Origin: Chiloscyllium plagiosum
Taxonomy: Eukaryota
Assembly: GCF_004010195.1 (NCBI RefSeq)
Contig: NC_057719.1
Location: 72,534,583 to 72,598,582, forward strand
Direction: 5' to 3'
Length of the DNA stretch: 64,000 nt
The translations under genes were made by a program, and so were the position numbers. Each line of letters starts with the position of its first letter. Position 1 is the stretch's first letter. Positions 49,731 to 62,599 of the stretch are shown piece after piece. The notes under the pieces were generated by a model. The model was not told where the DNA came from, did no database searches, and worked only from the letters and a program-made list of their open reading frames with translations.

Positions 49731-49906
49731 TTTTTGGCAGGGACAGTTTTCTGGAGATTCCAAAGCTTAAGGGTGTGGTCTTCAGAGGCTGTAACCAGCA
49801 CAGGCTCTACGGGATGAAAAACTAATGCACGGACTCCATCAAAGTGACTCCGTAGTGTGTACTTGGGATTCCATGTCTTCCTATATGCATCCTTATTAGC
49901 AGGTAA
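49731..49906 (-). CDS. STRN3: Striatin-3 coding exon (176 nt), start of WD40 region: LPANKDAYRKTWNPKYTLRSHFDGVRALVFHPVEPVLVTASEDHTLKLWNLQKTVPAK(K)
   Basis: Manual translation of the minus strand. Acceptor ttttCAG (AG at 49908-49907), donor GTATG at 49730. Peptide matches recalled vertebrate STRN3; the phase-2 end joins the 13857 exon in frame. Confidence 0.95.
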
Positions 49907-51850
49907 CTGAAAATGAACATATGGTTAAAAATATATTACGTAGCTGTACCATACCCAGAATCAACACGTAATATTGGAAAAAGGAAACAATCTTCACAAA
50001 TTATCCCTGCTTCCACACAAAGCACACTGACTATGATATTTTCCACTAGTGATGAGAACTGTAGAATGATGCTGTATACTATATTTAAAAAGAGTAGGGA
50101 AGACCACAATATGATCTCTACTGTGGATTTTGTTCATTCAAGAATGCAGGCATTGCTGTTTAGGCTAATATTTATTGCCCGGCTCGAATTGCCCTACAGC
50201 ATGTGGCGGTGAGCTGTTTTCTTGTACTGCTGCAGTCCATGTGGTGAACGGACACCCACAGTGCTGATAAGGATTATGTCCCTCCCGTGACCGTGAAGGG
50301 ACCATCGATGTAGTTGTAGTGCAAATTATAGGTGGTATAGACTGCTGCCAATGCATAAATAGTCAAAAGGAACGAATATTGAAAGTGTCAAATGGAGTGA
50401 AAATCAAAAAGACACTTTTATCTTGGATGGGGTCTAGCCTCATGTGTTGTTGAAGTTGCAATTATTTAACAAGTGGACAATATTTCATCACACTTTTGAC
50501 TTATGCCTTATAAATAGTAGATAGGCTAGGAGAGTCAGTAGGTGAGTTATTTGCCTCCGAATTCCTAGTCTTTCTCCTGCTCTTGGAGCCACAGTATTTT
50601 AATGACTAGCTCAGTTCATTCCGGTTCCTAGTCAACAGTAAACCTGATGAAGTTAATAATAGGGAATTCAGCGATGCTAATAACATTAGATGTCAAGAGG
50701 CAATAGATAAATTCTCTCTTGCTCAAGAGAATGACTGCCTCATACTTGTGTGGTGTGAATGTTACTTACCATTCACTGCACCAAGCCTGGATGTTTCCAG
50801 GGTTCACTGTATTTGAATAGCTTCAGTATCTGAGATGCCATGAGTAATGCCAAACGCTGTGTAATCATTAAATATCCCTGTCTCTGACCATACATAAGGA
50901 ATGTCTGCAGCCATGTCCGGGAACTAAGAACATTGATCTTCACCCAACCATATACATCCACCTTTGTGCTAGGTCTGTCTCCTAGAAAGTTTCCCCCTGA
51001 TTGCCACTGTCTTCAACTTGGATAGGGCTTCTTGATGGCCACACTCATTCAAATGCTGCCATGATATCAAGGATAACCACCTTTACTTTCTCTCTTAAGT
51101 TCAGGACTTTTGTCCCTGTGTGGGCCAAGGCTGCAAAAAGTTCAAGAGCTGATTGGGCTTGGTAGAACTAAAGGTTACTGTCAGTGAACAGGCTATTGTT
51201 ATACTTTCCATCATTTTGATGACAATTAAGCATGGACTAATGAGGTTGAATTTGCCTTTTCATTTGTGGAGGAGATACTGAGAAAATTTACCACATTGCA
51301 AGACGGTTGTCTGTGTATTAACTGCATTATAATAGGGACGCAGCTAGTTCACATTCAAATTGATAGGCTGTAATCAAACTGTCAGTCACATATTTGAAAT
51401 GTAAAACTAATAGGGGCTTTACTACAAAACATAATCTTAAACTGTTCTCTATCATCTATGCCTGCAAAATAGGATCGAGGGACTGAATGGCTACTCCAGT
51501 TTCAAATTCCATGTTTGGATAAGTTCAGCACCCTCGCCCGAAATATGCATTGCGAGGAGCTCACAGACTTCTTCACCAGAGGTCAAGACTATACAATCAA
51601 GTACTTTTGCCAAGTCTCCTTCTTTTGCTAATCTATCTGGCCGAGTTCCTTTCAAGTATCCTCTCTTGCCAGCCTGGTTATTTTTCTGGTCTTTCTCTCC
51701 CTCCCTTCCTCCAGGTCACCTTGTTCATGGGATCCAGCTCCTGCACTCTCTAATCTATTGCACAAACTAGCCCTGCTGGTCCCATTGTTACAACAGATGA
51801 TATTTTTTATGGTTCTCTCTCTCTACAGGTGCTGCCTTTCGTTTACTTCT

Positions 51851-52362
51851 AGGTAAAAACAATGACTGCAGATGCTGGAAACCAGATTCTGGATTAGTGG
51901 TGCTGGAAGAGCACAGCAATTCAGGCAGCATCCGAGGACAGGCAAAATCCGAGGACAGGCAAAATCGCCAGGACCACACTTTCAACTCTAATCTCCAGCT
52001 TCTGCAGTACCCACTTTCACCTTTATGAGGAATAGTCAAGCAGGCTGGCCCTGTATTTATTGGAATTTAAGGATGAGAGGTGACCTCATTGAAACATGGA
52101 AGATTCTTAGGGGTCTTGACACATTGGATGTGGAAGATGAATATCAAACTTCAGGGCATAATCTCAGAATAAGAGATTGTATATTTAAGACAGATGAGAA
52201 GAGAAATTTCTTCTGATAAAGGTTCAGAATTTGTGGAATAATTTATTACAGAGGACTCTCTGCCTTTATTCCTGATGAAGGGCTTTTGCCCGAAACGTCG
52301 ATTTTGCCTGTTCTCGGATGCTGCCTGAATTGCTGTGCTCTTCCAGCACCACTAATCCAGAA
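51851..52362 (-). mobile_element. Composite Penelope-like insertion with inverted arms enclosing about 295 bp of cargo (old pLTR tail plus CR1 fragment)
   Basis: 14-bp TSD tttcgtttacttct at 51837-51850 and 52363-52376 flanks the whole unit. Confidence 0.82.
52268..52303 (+). ncRNA. Minimal type-I hammerhead ribozyme motif (CUGAUGA variant)
   Basis: AUUC-CUGAUGA-A-GGGC(uuuu)GCCC-GAAA-CG-UC^GAUU; predicted cleavage after 52299. Confidence 0.78.
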
Positions 52363-53719
52363 TTTCGTTTACTTCTGTCAATCCTCACCTTCAGAAAACC
52401 CAAATGTCCTAGGAAATTACTGTCCCAACTTCCAGTATAAATCTCTTCTTCTGAATCGTTGTTGTTTCACAAGTCTGTGCTCATCTTCTCCAGAACTCTG
52501 TTTAAACCTTGAAATTATTTTTCCTTCTGCTCCTGCATTGCTACTCCTGGTAACCCAAGGCTCTATTAGCAGTCCAGTTCTCGTCTTCATTCGGTCCCTT
52601 TACAACATGATTAGTTTCCAAAGGTGTACACAACTTATTATTTTCTGTGTTTTTGTTTAGACCAAACATGTGAAAAAGACATTTTTAAAAACAAATGACT
52701 GGGAAGGAACTACTACACATTTGAAACAAGTTACTGAAGCTTAGAAACTTGTGTTTACGCTGTTGCTTTCAAGCAATAGGGCAGGTAGCAGGTGAGATGG
52801 GTGCGTGTGCGTAATTCAATCAGCAACAGATCGCAGGTTGGTCTGTGTAATTATGATGTTGGACAAGGTCTAGCACATGATAAAGGAGCAGTGCTCTAAA
52901 AGCTAGTGTTGTCAAACAATCCCATGGACGATCACATGGTGTCATCTGATTTTTGACGTTATGTAATTAAGGATTATGTTATGGACATCAGAGGTATTCT
53001 GCCTGATGCAACTCTCTGATTGACTCCCAGGTAGGTGAATAGCTTGGGTACTTAAAACAGATAGGCAGAAACATCTACATTGCTTAAAAAACAAGTTCTG
53101 TGTCTCTCTTGCTCTGTAATAAAACACCTGATGTCTGAAGAAATAGTCATTTTTCTCCCACAAATTGCTTTAAGTGGTTGCCTTTCACTAGAAACAAAAA
53201 TACATTGTAATTAGAGTACTAATTGTCTTTTTGCCTCTTGCAAAAAAAATGAAGCAAAGGTCTTGGGAAGCAAAAGGAACACCATTTCAAAGCCTGTGGA
53301 CTGGTACAACTAAACTGTGCTTCTATTATTTTTTCTTCCACCCACAAAACCAATGATTTTTCATCGGTCTGTATCTGTGTGAGTGTTTGTAGGGGTTGAA
53401 AAGAGAGCGAGGCAGTGAGTTTTAATTAGTAAAGTTATGTTTTGTTAAATTTTGTTCCCCCATGGCTAGGACTTACTTATTTGTAATAAACAATAGTTCT
53501 TGTTAAATATGGAACCTGGTCAGTATTTTCTATTAACCTGATTCCATCAAACAGGCAAACTGGGGACTTAACATATTTTGATTAAACCATTAATTTTTGC
53601 GACAATTGTGGATACAGGAGGACTAGGGGAATTAGCATCGATTAACAAGTGGGATGATACAACTGACAACATAAAATTTCCTCTAATTAAATGGTGGTGA
53701 GAGAAAATATGTTTGGTCC

Positions 53720-54370
53720 CAACTCCAAACTCCATTCCCTGTCTACCTCTCTCTCTGGTGTTAATCCAAAACGAAACCAGTCTGTTTTCTACTATTTGAC
53801 TTGAAATGAGCTTCCGAGCATCTCCATAACTTCACCCATTTCAGCTGGGGCTAAAATCTTCATTCATGACTTAGTTACCTCCAGACATGATTATTATCAT
53901 ATGGTTGGTCTCCCACTTTGTATATTTCATGAACCCAAGGCCACCCAAAACTCTGCTGCACATGTCTTAATTTACGCTAAATTCATTTCACACATTAACC
54001 CCTTATGGTCACTGACCTATGTTGATCTAAGAAAACTCTTGATTTTAAAACTCTCATCCCTGGTTTTCAAATCCCTCTGAAGTCTCACTCCTTACTATCT
54101 CTAATCATCTTTACCCTCACAACACTCAAACATCAGTATCCATCTAATTCTTGCCCTTTGAGTATCTTTGCTTTTAATCACTACAACACTGGTGGCTGTT
54201 CCTCTAGTTGGCTGGATCCAAAATACTTTCTGATGCCTCTCCACAACCTATTGATCTTTATTTCTTTAAGTCAATTCTGAAAACCAAACTCTTAATCATG
54301 TGACTAAATTTTCCACGTGGCTTGGTAACATTTTGTTTCATAATACTTCCGTGAAGTATAAATGTACTAA
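53720..54370 (+). mobile_element. Decayed L2 LINE 3' fragment
   Basis: QNSAAHVL...HI(N)P..DL-type L2 ORF2 C-terminal motif at about 53945-54020. Confidence 0.55.
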
Positions 54371-57300
54371 ATAAAAATTATTTTATTACACACAATTACA
54401 GCTGCAATGACTGGCATCTAAACAAACAAAACCATTTTATGTGCCATGTATGATTCATCATGGAGTCTCCCAATCTTGCTAAATCACTTACACTCAGGTG
54501 CGTTGATATAAAACTCAGCCAAGTGCGGATTTGACTTTTGAGGGGTCAACTCATTAGACTTCATCACACTCTGCTGTCATACGTCAATGGCTTCAGCCTG
54601 GTCTGTGACACTCATGTACTGGACTCAATCATGATTGAGAATGGGAGCATTCCTGTTATCAATTCAATTAGTGAAGTGAAACTAACCACCCATGACATCA
54701 AGACAGCAACAGCAAAGAGCCTCAACAAAACAGGTCAACAGGGATTCAGCGTAAAACTCCACTGGCTAAAGTTATACCTCATACAAAGGAAGTTAGTTGC
54801 AGTTGTTGGAGACCAATCATCTCAAACCAAGGATATTGCTGCTGGATTTTTCAGAATGGTGTTCAAAGCACAACCACCTTCAGCTGCTTCATCACTGACC
54901 TTCCCACCATTGTAATAAGTGGGAATTGCTTGATGATGGACACACCTTTGTTCAGTTTTGAACACAACTCTTTGGATAATGAAGCAGTTTGTGACTATAT
55001 GCAGCAAGACCTGCCCAAATATCCAGGCTTGCGCTGATAAGTGACAAGTGTCAATTATGCTACGTAAGTGACAATGATGATCTCCATCCAGAGAATTTTA
55101 TCATCTCCCCCTGATATTCAATGGCATTACTATTGCTGAATTCCCAATCATCAACATCCTTTCAGTCATCATTCTAAAGAAGTTTAACTAGCCCTGTCAC
55201 ATGAAACAGTAGTTATAAGAGCTGGACCTGGACATGCGGCGGTGTGAGATTCACTTCCAGACTCTGAAACTTGCGCTCTCCCCCACCCCTATCTACAAGA
55301 CGCACAGTAAGGTTGTCAAGAGGACAAAGAAGCCCGCAATCAGCGACCAGACATTATGGTTTCAGCACATACTATCTATAAGGTGCACTTTCACAATGAT
55401 TTATTTTGACAACCTCTCTCAAACTTTCACCTATCACCTTGTAGTGCAAGGATAACAAGCTCGTGGGGATGCCATCATCTACAAGATCTTCTCAAAGTCA
55501 TCAAAAATTGTGACTTTGAAAGGTATCATTGTTCCTTCATGATCTTTGTCATAATTCTGGAACACACTACCTGATAGCACTACGGGTGGAGCTTCTGTTG
55601 CAGTCCTTGTGATGATTAAGAAAATGACTCACTATCACTTTTTCATGGCAAGTATGGATATATAATAAATGATAATAAAATGTAAGTGCCATGAATGAAT
55701 GAATTAAACAAATTAGCCAACTCAATTTCATAAAGGATAGTGTTGTGCTGCAGAAGTTTGCCCTGATTCTTGATTGTAGGAATGCCTAGCTTGGTCTGTA
55801 GCAGGCTGCTTTTGACATTCAATATATATTATGTCATGGTTTCACCAGGTTCTTGGAACTGGTTTCAAAATCACGTCAGTTGCTTTTGCTGTGCACCCCA
55901 AGAAATCTAAATTGATGGGCATGAGGAAATGAAAACTATACTGAGTTATGACATTACAGGTTATGGTGATATAAAGTTGACGTTGTTGACCTAGCATGTT
56001 TCAAGTATGCTCAATACAGGATCAGTGCTTAGACTATCTCGTATTACACAATGGAGGAAGTCCTCAATGTTTATACTGTTTGCACAGTACCTACGTGGTT
56101 TTACTCCAAATGCTAATATGGACAGAGAGAATTGAGAAAATGAGCTCAGATCAGTTACACCGTCGAAGTAATTCCTGGACCATGTGACACAGGCCCAGTT
56201 TGTTGCAATTTCCTGAAGGGGTGTTAGTTATCCAATCAGTGGAAAAGTTGTTTTTTTAAGAATGTTTAACACCCTTTGCAGGAGCTGGAATTTTCTGAAG
56301 CAGCAGCACAAAGTTAACGCCTATTGTTTGTTAATTACTGAATAACGTACCGCTCAGATACAGAGGTCACCCACCCAGAGTACTTGCGTCTTTTCTTCCC
56401 TGAGTGATGCTTCCAAATGGTAGTGGAGAGAAGTTTACCAGAAGAAACTAATTTAAAATTCATTCACAGGATGTAGCCATCACTGGCATTTATTACCAAT
56501 AAAGTAGTCAAGAGCCAACCACATTGCCATGGGTCTGGAGTCACATGGAGGCCAGACCAGGCAAGGACAGCAGTTTCCTAACTTAATGGACATTAATGAA
56601 CCAGCTGAGTTTTTCCAACAATCAACATCATGAGACTCTTAATTCCCGATTTAAAGCAATAATAGGAATGCCTTTTGTTGGCCAACATGTTAAGAATACA
56701 GGTTAAAGTGGACATTACATTTTAAAATAATTGTTTATCTATTTCTCTGGAATAAATTGGAGAAAAAAATTAATGAGAATAACAAGTGAAAGTATGGACT
56801 GACTGGATTTTATAGTGCCAATTCCTTCCCCAGCCACAGTATGTTTGTCTGGATGTTAATTGACTATGGGAGAGACTTCTACCTATTTCTGGGGAGAAAG
56901 TCCTACATTAAAGAGCATTCCACCAAATCAATTGACAACCAACTCTGTAGTCCTGAAGGTGCCAGGTTTGAGTAGTAACCACTACTGTGACTGAAGCCAC
57001 TTCCCAAAGAGAAGCAAATGAATGCTAAACTGAAGGAGTCTGGGGTATCAACATATCCCAACAAGGGTATTTAGGTATGGGAGTTAGGCTGGAGAAGGAA
57101 GAAAAGAGAGAGAATTGTTATGTTTCAGAGACTACGAAATGGGGGAGCAGCCACCTCCGAGCTATACCAGCTTGCTCAGTAAAAGCTACTAGGCCTTGTT
57201 GCAGGTAACATTGGTAGAGGCAGGATTAGTGCTTAACGGTTTCAACAGGCCCAAGGCTTGGTGGACCACATGATGCCGCCATTGCCCAAATAAAATAGGA

Positions 57301-57779
57301 GAAGCATTGAAAAGAAGTGGGAAGCTCCCAGGTAGGCATTAAATTTTGCGAGGTCCTTTGCTTGAGCATGTCATGACAGTGTACAATCGAGCCCAATATT
57401 TCTATCATGTATTTGCTACATGATTCAAATAATTTCAGAATCTACAAGAGGGTAGAGAATAATAGATTTGGGATTGTGTAAAACAAGATGATGCTAAAAC
57501 TAATAGCACCAAGAAAGTGAAGCAATGTTTATAAACCAGTAGAATTTAGAATAACATTATTCCAGAAAAATGACAATGTTCAAAAAACAGATTTTTAAGG
57601 ATGCAGAGCACACTGGATGTTAGGAGGAAAGTGCGAGAGAGTGCAAGCACGAGAAAGCAACAGTGCAAGAGGAATACTTTAATAAATGTGTATCATTTGA
57701 TATATAAAGAGCAGCTGAAAATGATGTCAAAATAGTCAAGGTCCTCATTGTTGACATTACTGCTTGTCTCAAAATCAAA

Positions 57780-58560
57780 GAACTTGCATATATATAGCAT
57801 TTCTCTTAAACTCAAAACATCCCAAAGCCCTTTACAGGCAAATAAGTACATCAATTATTTTTCACTGTTGTGATGTAGACAAACACAGCAGTTAAATTGT
57901 GCACAGCTAGGCCCCACAATTAACAATAAAATATTAAGCCAAATAATTTCTTCCAATGATATTTGTCCAGGGGGTGCAGTCAAAACCATCTAACCCTCTG
58001 TTAGAAGTACACTTCATTAATTAAGCTTTTAAAAGTACTCGCATCAAAAAGGACTTTTTTTTTCAAATGAGACTTCTTGGAAGTCACATGGCTTAGGTTA
58101 GTTGTTTATTAAAAAAATCTAGTTGCTGTTTTTTTAGTCTACATTTCAAATAATACTCTAATATTTATATCCATAAAATACATCATTTGACACATGAGGA
58201 ATTGGATAAATCAATTAGATTTAAGTTGCCACCAGTGGTGAGACTTCTGATAGACAATGCATTCCACCGATCACAGTCCAAACACATTAATCATTTTATA
58301 GTGCAACGTGTAATGCTTTTAGATATTTTTGCACAGCTGTTCATGAGGGATCTCAAAGGGACAAGCTCAATTTAGTGCACAGTAAGTTTGGGTTGTCGTT
58401 TCACTGCATGGTCAAGATGAAGATTGTTAAGACATCAGAAAAATTTTCAAGCTCTTCTTCACATAATGGGGTGGGATGTTTTTGAATGCACCTATGATGG
58501 CAGATGGGAATCTCTGTTTAACATCTCATCTGAAAGATGACATCTCCTGATGTTATTCAG
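57780..58560 (-). mobile_element. Interrupted DeuSINE-like remnant
   Basis: gtttaacatctcatctgaaagatgacatctcc resembles the recalled Deu core (reverse complement); tail aacttgcatatatatagca...catcccaaagccctttacag. Confidence 0.45.
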
Positions 58561-58667
58561 AATAGAGGCATTTGCAATTGACAACTTCAACTCTTCAACA
58601 GACAGCCTAAGTGGCACTTTTGCCTAATCTGCCTAAGTGGCACTTTTGCTCGCCCATTTCAAACTCA

Positions 58668-58805
58668 TTTCAAACAGATTCCTGAAGAAGTGCTTATGCC
58701 CGAAACGTCGATTCTCCTGCTCCTTTGATGCTGCCTGACCTGCTGTGCTTTTCCAGCAACACATTTTTCAGCTCTGATCTCCAGCATCTGCAGTCCTCAC
58801 TTTCT
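58668..58805 (+). mobile_element. Family A Penelope-like insertion, non-inverted (hammerhead through tail)
   Basis: 15-bp TSD cccatttcaaactca at 58653-58667 and 58806-58820; hammerhead core 58682-58709 with one stem II mismatch (GUGC/GCCC). Confidence 0.87.
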
Positions 58806-59583
58806 CCCATTTCAAACTCAAACAAGGTTTGCATTGTCGGTCTCAATCGCTCATTGCCAAATCTTTCTTCAACTCAATTTTGAATTTGCATTACTTTGAT
58901 CAAGACAGATGACTAGCATTTCTCAACAATCCTCTCAGACCTCAGTGACAATGTGACCAAATCTTATTAAAATTTCCCAAGAAATTGGTCACTTTCGACA
59001 ATCTGCGCCTTGAAACTGCCCCAAAAGTCACTATCTCAGATTGCCTCAAACATTTGTTCACGCTCTAGTAGTTCATCTTTTCCTGGAAAACTTCACTCTA
59101 GCACTTGTACGCAGGCGCAAACCTAGCCTTTTTTTTAAACAAACTACAAGCTTCATTAAGCTGGTAATGCTCTGGACTTATTTCCCAGTTCTAATGTGGT
59201 TCAATCGTACAAAGCAAACATTGCTTACATTACACAGATTTATGAGTGGTACATGTCTTCTGAGGATCCACAGCTCCCAAGATCTTACAGAAGTCCTAAC
59301 TCCGACACTGAGAAACACCTAGAAAAACTTTTGAGCACAAAATCATACAATCATTCTGGACTTTCAAATAGTCCTCAATTACACAGGCTTAGAGTTAGGG
59401 TAGTTCAATTGCCTTTTCAGCTGTCACAATATATTGTTCTTTTCAACTAATGTATTTCCATCTGTCTGTCTTTAACTTTAATTAACTATTCTGTGGAAAC
59501 TGACTTCTGAACTGTTTTCAGTTGTTACCTACTGAACACCATTCAACAATACCCAACCTTGTTCCTTGGCAGTAGTGAATGTA

Positions 59584-59798
59584 CAGGTTGTTTTGCTATA
59601 ACAAGCGTTTCATTAACATGAACTCATTGTAACACGACTGACCAATGGGGAACACAGTTTGTAAAGCTTGAAATTTTAAAACGTGTTGGCTGTAACGCGA
59701 TTACAGCAGCAACACTAAGCGCTGTTTCTAAAGTGCAATTTTTCCATAATGCAGGGTTGCACAAAAAGGCAACCATCACATTATAGAAGAACTAACTG
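59584..59798. mobile_element. Tc1/mariner-pogo (Tigger-like) MITE
   Basis: TA|CAGGTTGTTTTGCTATAAC ... ATTATAGAAGAACTAACTG|TA; imperfect 19-bp TIRs with TA TSD. Confidence 0.7.
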
Positions 59799-61339
59799 TA
59801 TCTAATATATTGAAACTGCCAAATGCAGCAAGTCTTTTTAAGTATCTGCCCGAATGCTACAACGCCCAGCAAGTGCTGGTTTCTACAGCCCAACTTGAAT
59901 AAGAAAAAGGAATTCTTCATATCACAATATTTGAACTGGCACAAGAAGTAAAAATTAACACACACTTCTACATAAAAGAGCATCACCTTGTACTTTCTGG
60001 GGCCTGGTGAGGTCACAGCTAAATAATCTTATATTTGGCTCACACAACCTCTCAAGTAATTCATGTATGTAATAACTCTTAAAGGTGTAATAACATACAT
60101 GCAAACTTTTATTAAATAAAACTGTTAACCGAGTGTCAATTACAATAGCAGCCTCTACATTTTTTCAATTTAGTAATGCCTGAACCTCTGCAGTCTTAAT
60201 GTGGAGACTTTCCCTCAGTGATGTTAAGGCTTCCTGATTCAGAGTTCACTGAGGAGTCAGTTGTTGAAAGGCTAAAAGTTGCTCCCCCTCAGTGTCTTGT
60301 GGCCTTCTCTGGAATACATTTTCTCACCACCTTTGTGTGTATTGAGTGTAGCTGTGGCTACAAGAAGAGATCAGAAACCGTGAATTCTGCACCTCCTGAC
60401 TCCATAAAGTCTGTTCACTATCTGCAGGGAACAAATTCAGGACTATTAGGCATACTCCTCACATGCATGGATCCTCGCAATTCCAACAAAAGCACTTAAA
60501 AAAACTCAAAAAAATTCAAAGTAAAATAGCCCACTTGATTGGCACCCCACCCACCACCCTGAATATCCCATCTATCCACCACTGAACACCTTATCAGTTC
60601 TGTGTACTATCTAAAGATACATTGCGGAAAATCATCAAATATCCTTCAATAGTACCTTCCAAATCTGTGACCTCTACTCCTAGAAGGACAAGGGCACAGA
60701 CATATGAGAAGCACCACCATCTGTCCATTCCCTCCAAGCCACAGATCACCCTTACTTGGAACTATATTTTCATTCCTGAACTATTCTGGAATTCCCACTC
60801 CAACCGTACCACATGGACTGCAGCAGTTCAAGGCTGTTGCTCACTACTTAATGATCTTCAGGGCAATTAAAGATGGCAGTAAATGTTGGCTTGTCCTTTG
60901 ACACATGAATAAATGAGAAAGAATCAAAACTGAAAGTGCAGCAGATATAACTGGCAGCTAGAGAGGAGCAGCAATAATTAAAATAAAGTACATGCACTGG
61001 TTTCCTTCAAGTGACACCAGGTGCCATCAATGGAATGGTAAGATTAGTATAACAGCTTGCACATTACATTGAAACTGTGGCAATAATGACAATTCCCTGT
61101 ATTACTGGTAGATGGCGCTCAAATGGAACTCAGTTTTCTAGGATACCTGGCTGTCGTATCAATGGTGCTATGCACATCCTTTGTACTACTCAATCTGCTG
61201 AATGAGGAAACTTTACTTTTAACATGATAATTTAAGTTTACCTAACCTAGGTTAAATTGTTTTTGCATATTTAATTTTTATTTTAAGTGTCTTGCTTATT
61301 GACATTCCAGATAATACATGGTTTATCTCACTTCAAAGA

Positions 61340-61630
61340 ACAAAAAACAATACAGTACAGAAACAGGCCCTTCTAGCCTGCGGCAATACATTTTACCCTT
61401 TCATACTAAAACTGCATTCACTTAGAGGATCCATATCCCTCTATTCCATTCCTATTCATGTGTGTCCAGGTGCGCATTGAATGCTGCTATTGTGTCTGCT
61501 TCCACCATCTCTGTCAATGCTTTCCAGGTATTCACACCCTTTGTGGAAGAACTTGTCTCGCACATCTCTTTTAAATTCCCCACCACCCCCCGCACCCCCA
61601 AACCCTGAACCTGTGTTCCCTTGAACCTGT
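61340..61630 (-). mobile_element. CR1 3' fragment
   Basis: VNTWKAL..MVEADTIAAFNAHLD in ORF 61452..61670. Confidence 0.7.
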
Positions 61631-62599
61631 TCAAGTCCAATTTAAATTTCATTCCTAGCCTAAAGTGCATACTGCTTTTGCTTGATATTTTAATTCTTTT
61701 CTATTTTTTTTGTTCCTGTATTTTGGTCATCCTATCCATTACTATCAGCTTTTATTCTCTGCCTGTGCTGTAGTATTGTAGATCCCACTACTTTCCCTAC
61801 ATTGATCCGCAAAACCTTCCTTCGGAAGCACCCAACTCCTGCTCTTGATGTCTTATCTCAGTGACCTGTATTAACTCTTGGTTTAGCTCATTCCAAACCT
61901 TTACATCTGCAATGTATCTCTGCCTTACTTAAGGTATTTTCTCAGTCCAATATGCTGTATTGGGCTTCAGAGAGGAAGGACGACAGAAGGGAGTAGGGTC
62001 AGTAACCAAGATAATTACAGAGGAAAATCTGAAGACAACAGGGTTACATCAATAAATATCTCGAACATTCTCAAGCTTTTTATTAAACCAAAGATTCATG
62101 AAAGAGATAAGAGTACGGGGATGTGGTGAGGAATCTATTTTGAACGAACAGAGATAAATACAGGCAGTTGAGGTTAGAGGAGGGTTCTCTGAGGAACAAA
62201 GACAAGATGAGAAGAGGATTCACCATAAACAAGCCAGAGGAGAAAAAGCTTAAATGTTTGAAGATAATACTTGAAACTTCAATATTGCCAGCAGCAACTT
62301 TGTTACATATTGCAGCAACTTGTTTTTAATGATAACTCCTATGTACATATTTACACTGGAAACTGCCTGTGTTTTATCATAATTCCACCTTCCCATCAGT
62401 GCAGCACCAAGTTGTATCTCCCAGAACCTCTGCCATACTCCAAACACCTTGCTTCCTGAAATGTTCGCTGTTTTATTATTTAGTCGGAAATGCTAAAATA
62501 ATACTTCCAGGCAAATAATACTTCCAGATCTGCAGGTGAGATACAGACTGCAGTGCTGATGAAGACAGCCCAAGGATTATGGTTTCTCGCTTCACCAAG

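Noticed and set aside
58606..58649. Direct repeat gcctaagtggcacttttgc as a TSD or regulatory element
   Set aside because: The two copies are only a few bases apart; a simple local tandem duplication.
11719..58805. Recurring palindromic repeats as a CRISPR-like array
   Set aside because: Copies are dispersed over kilobases, each with its own TSD, with no repeat-spacer periodicity or cas genes; the context is eukaryotic.
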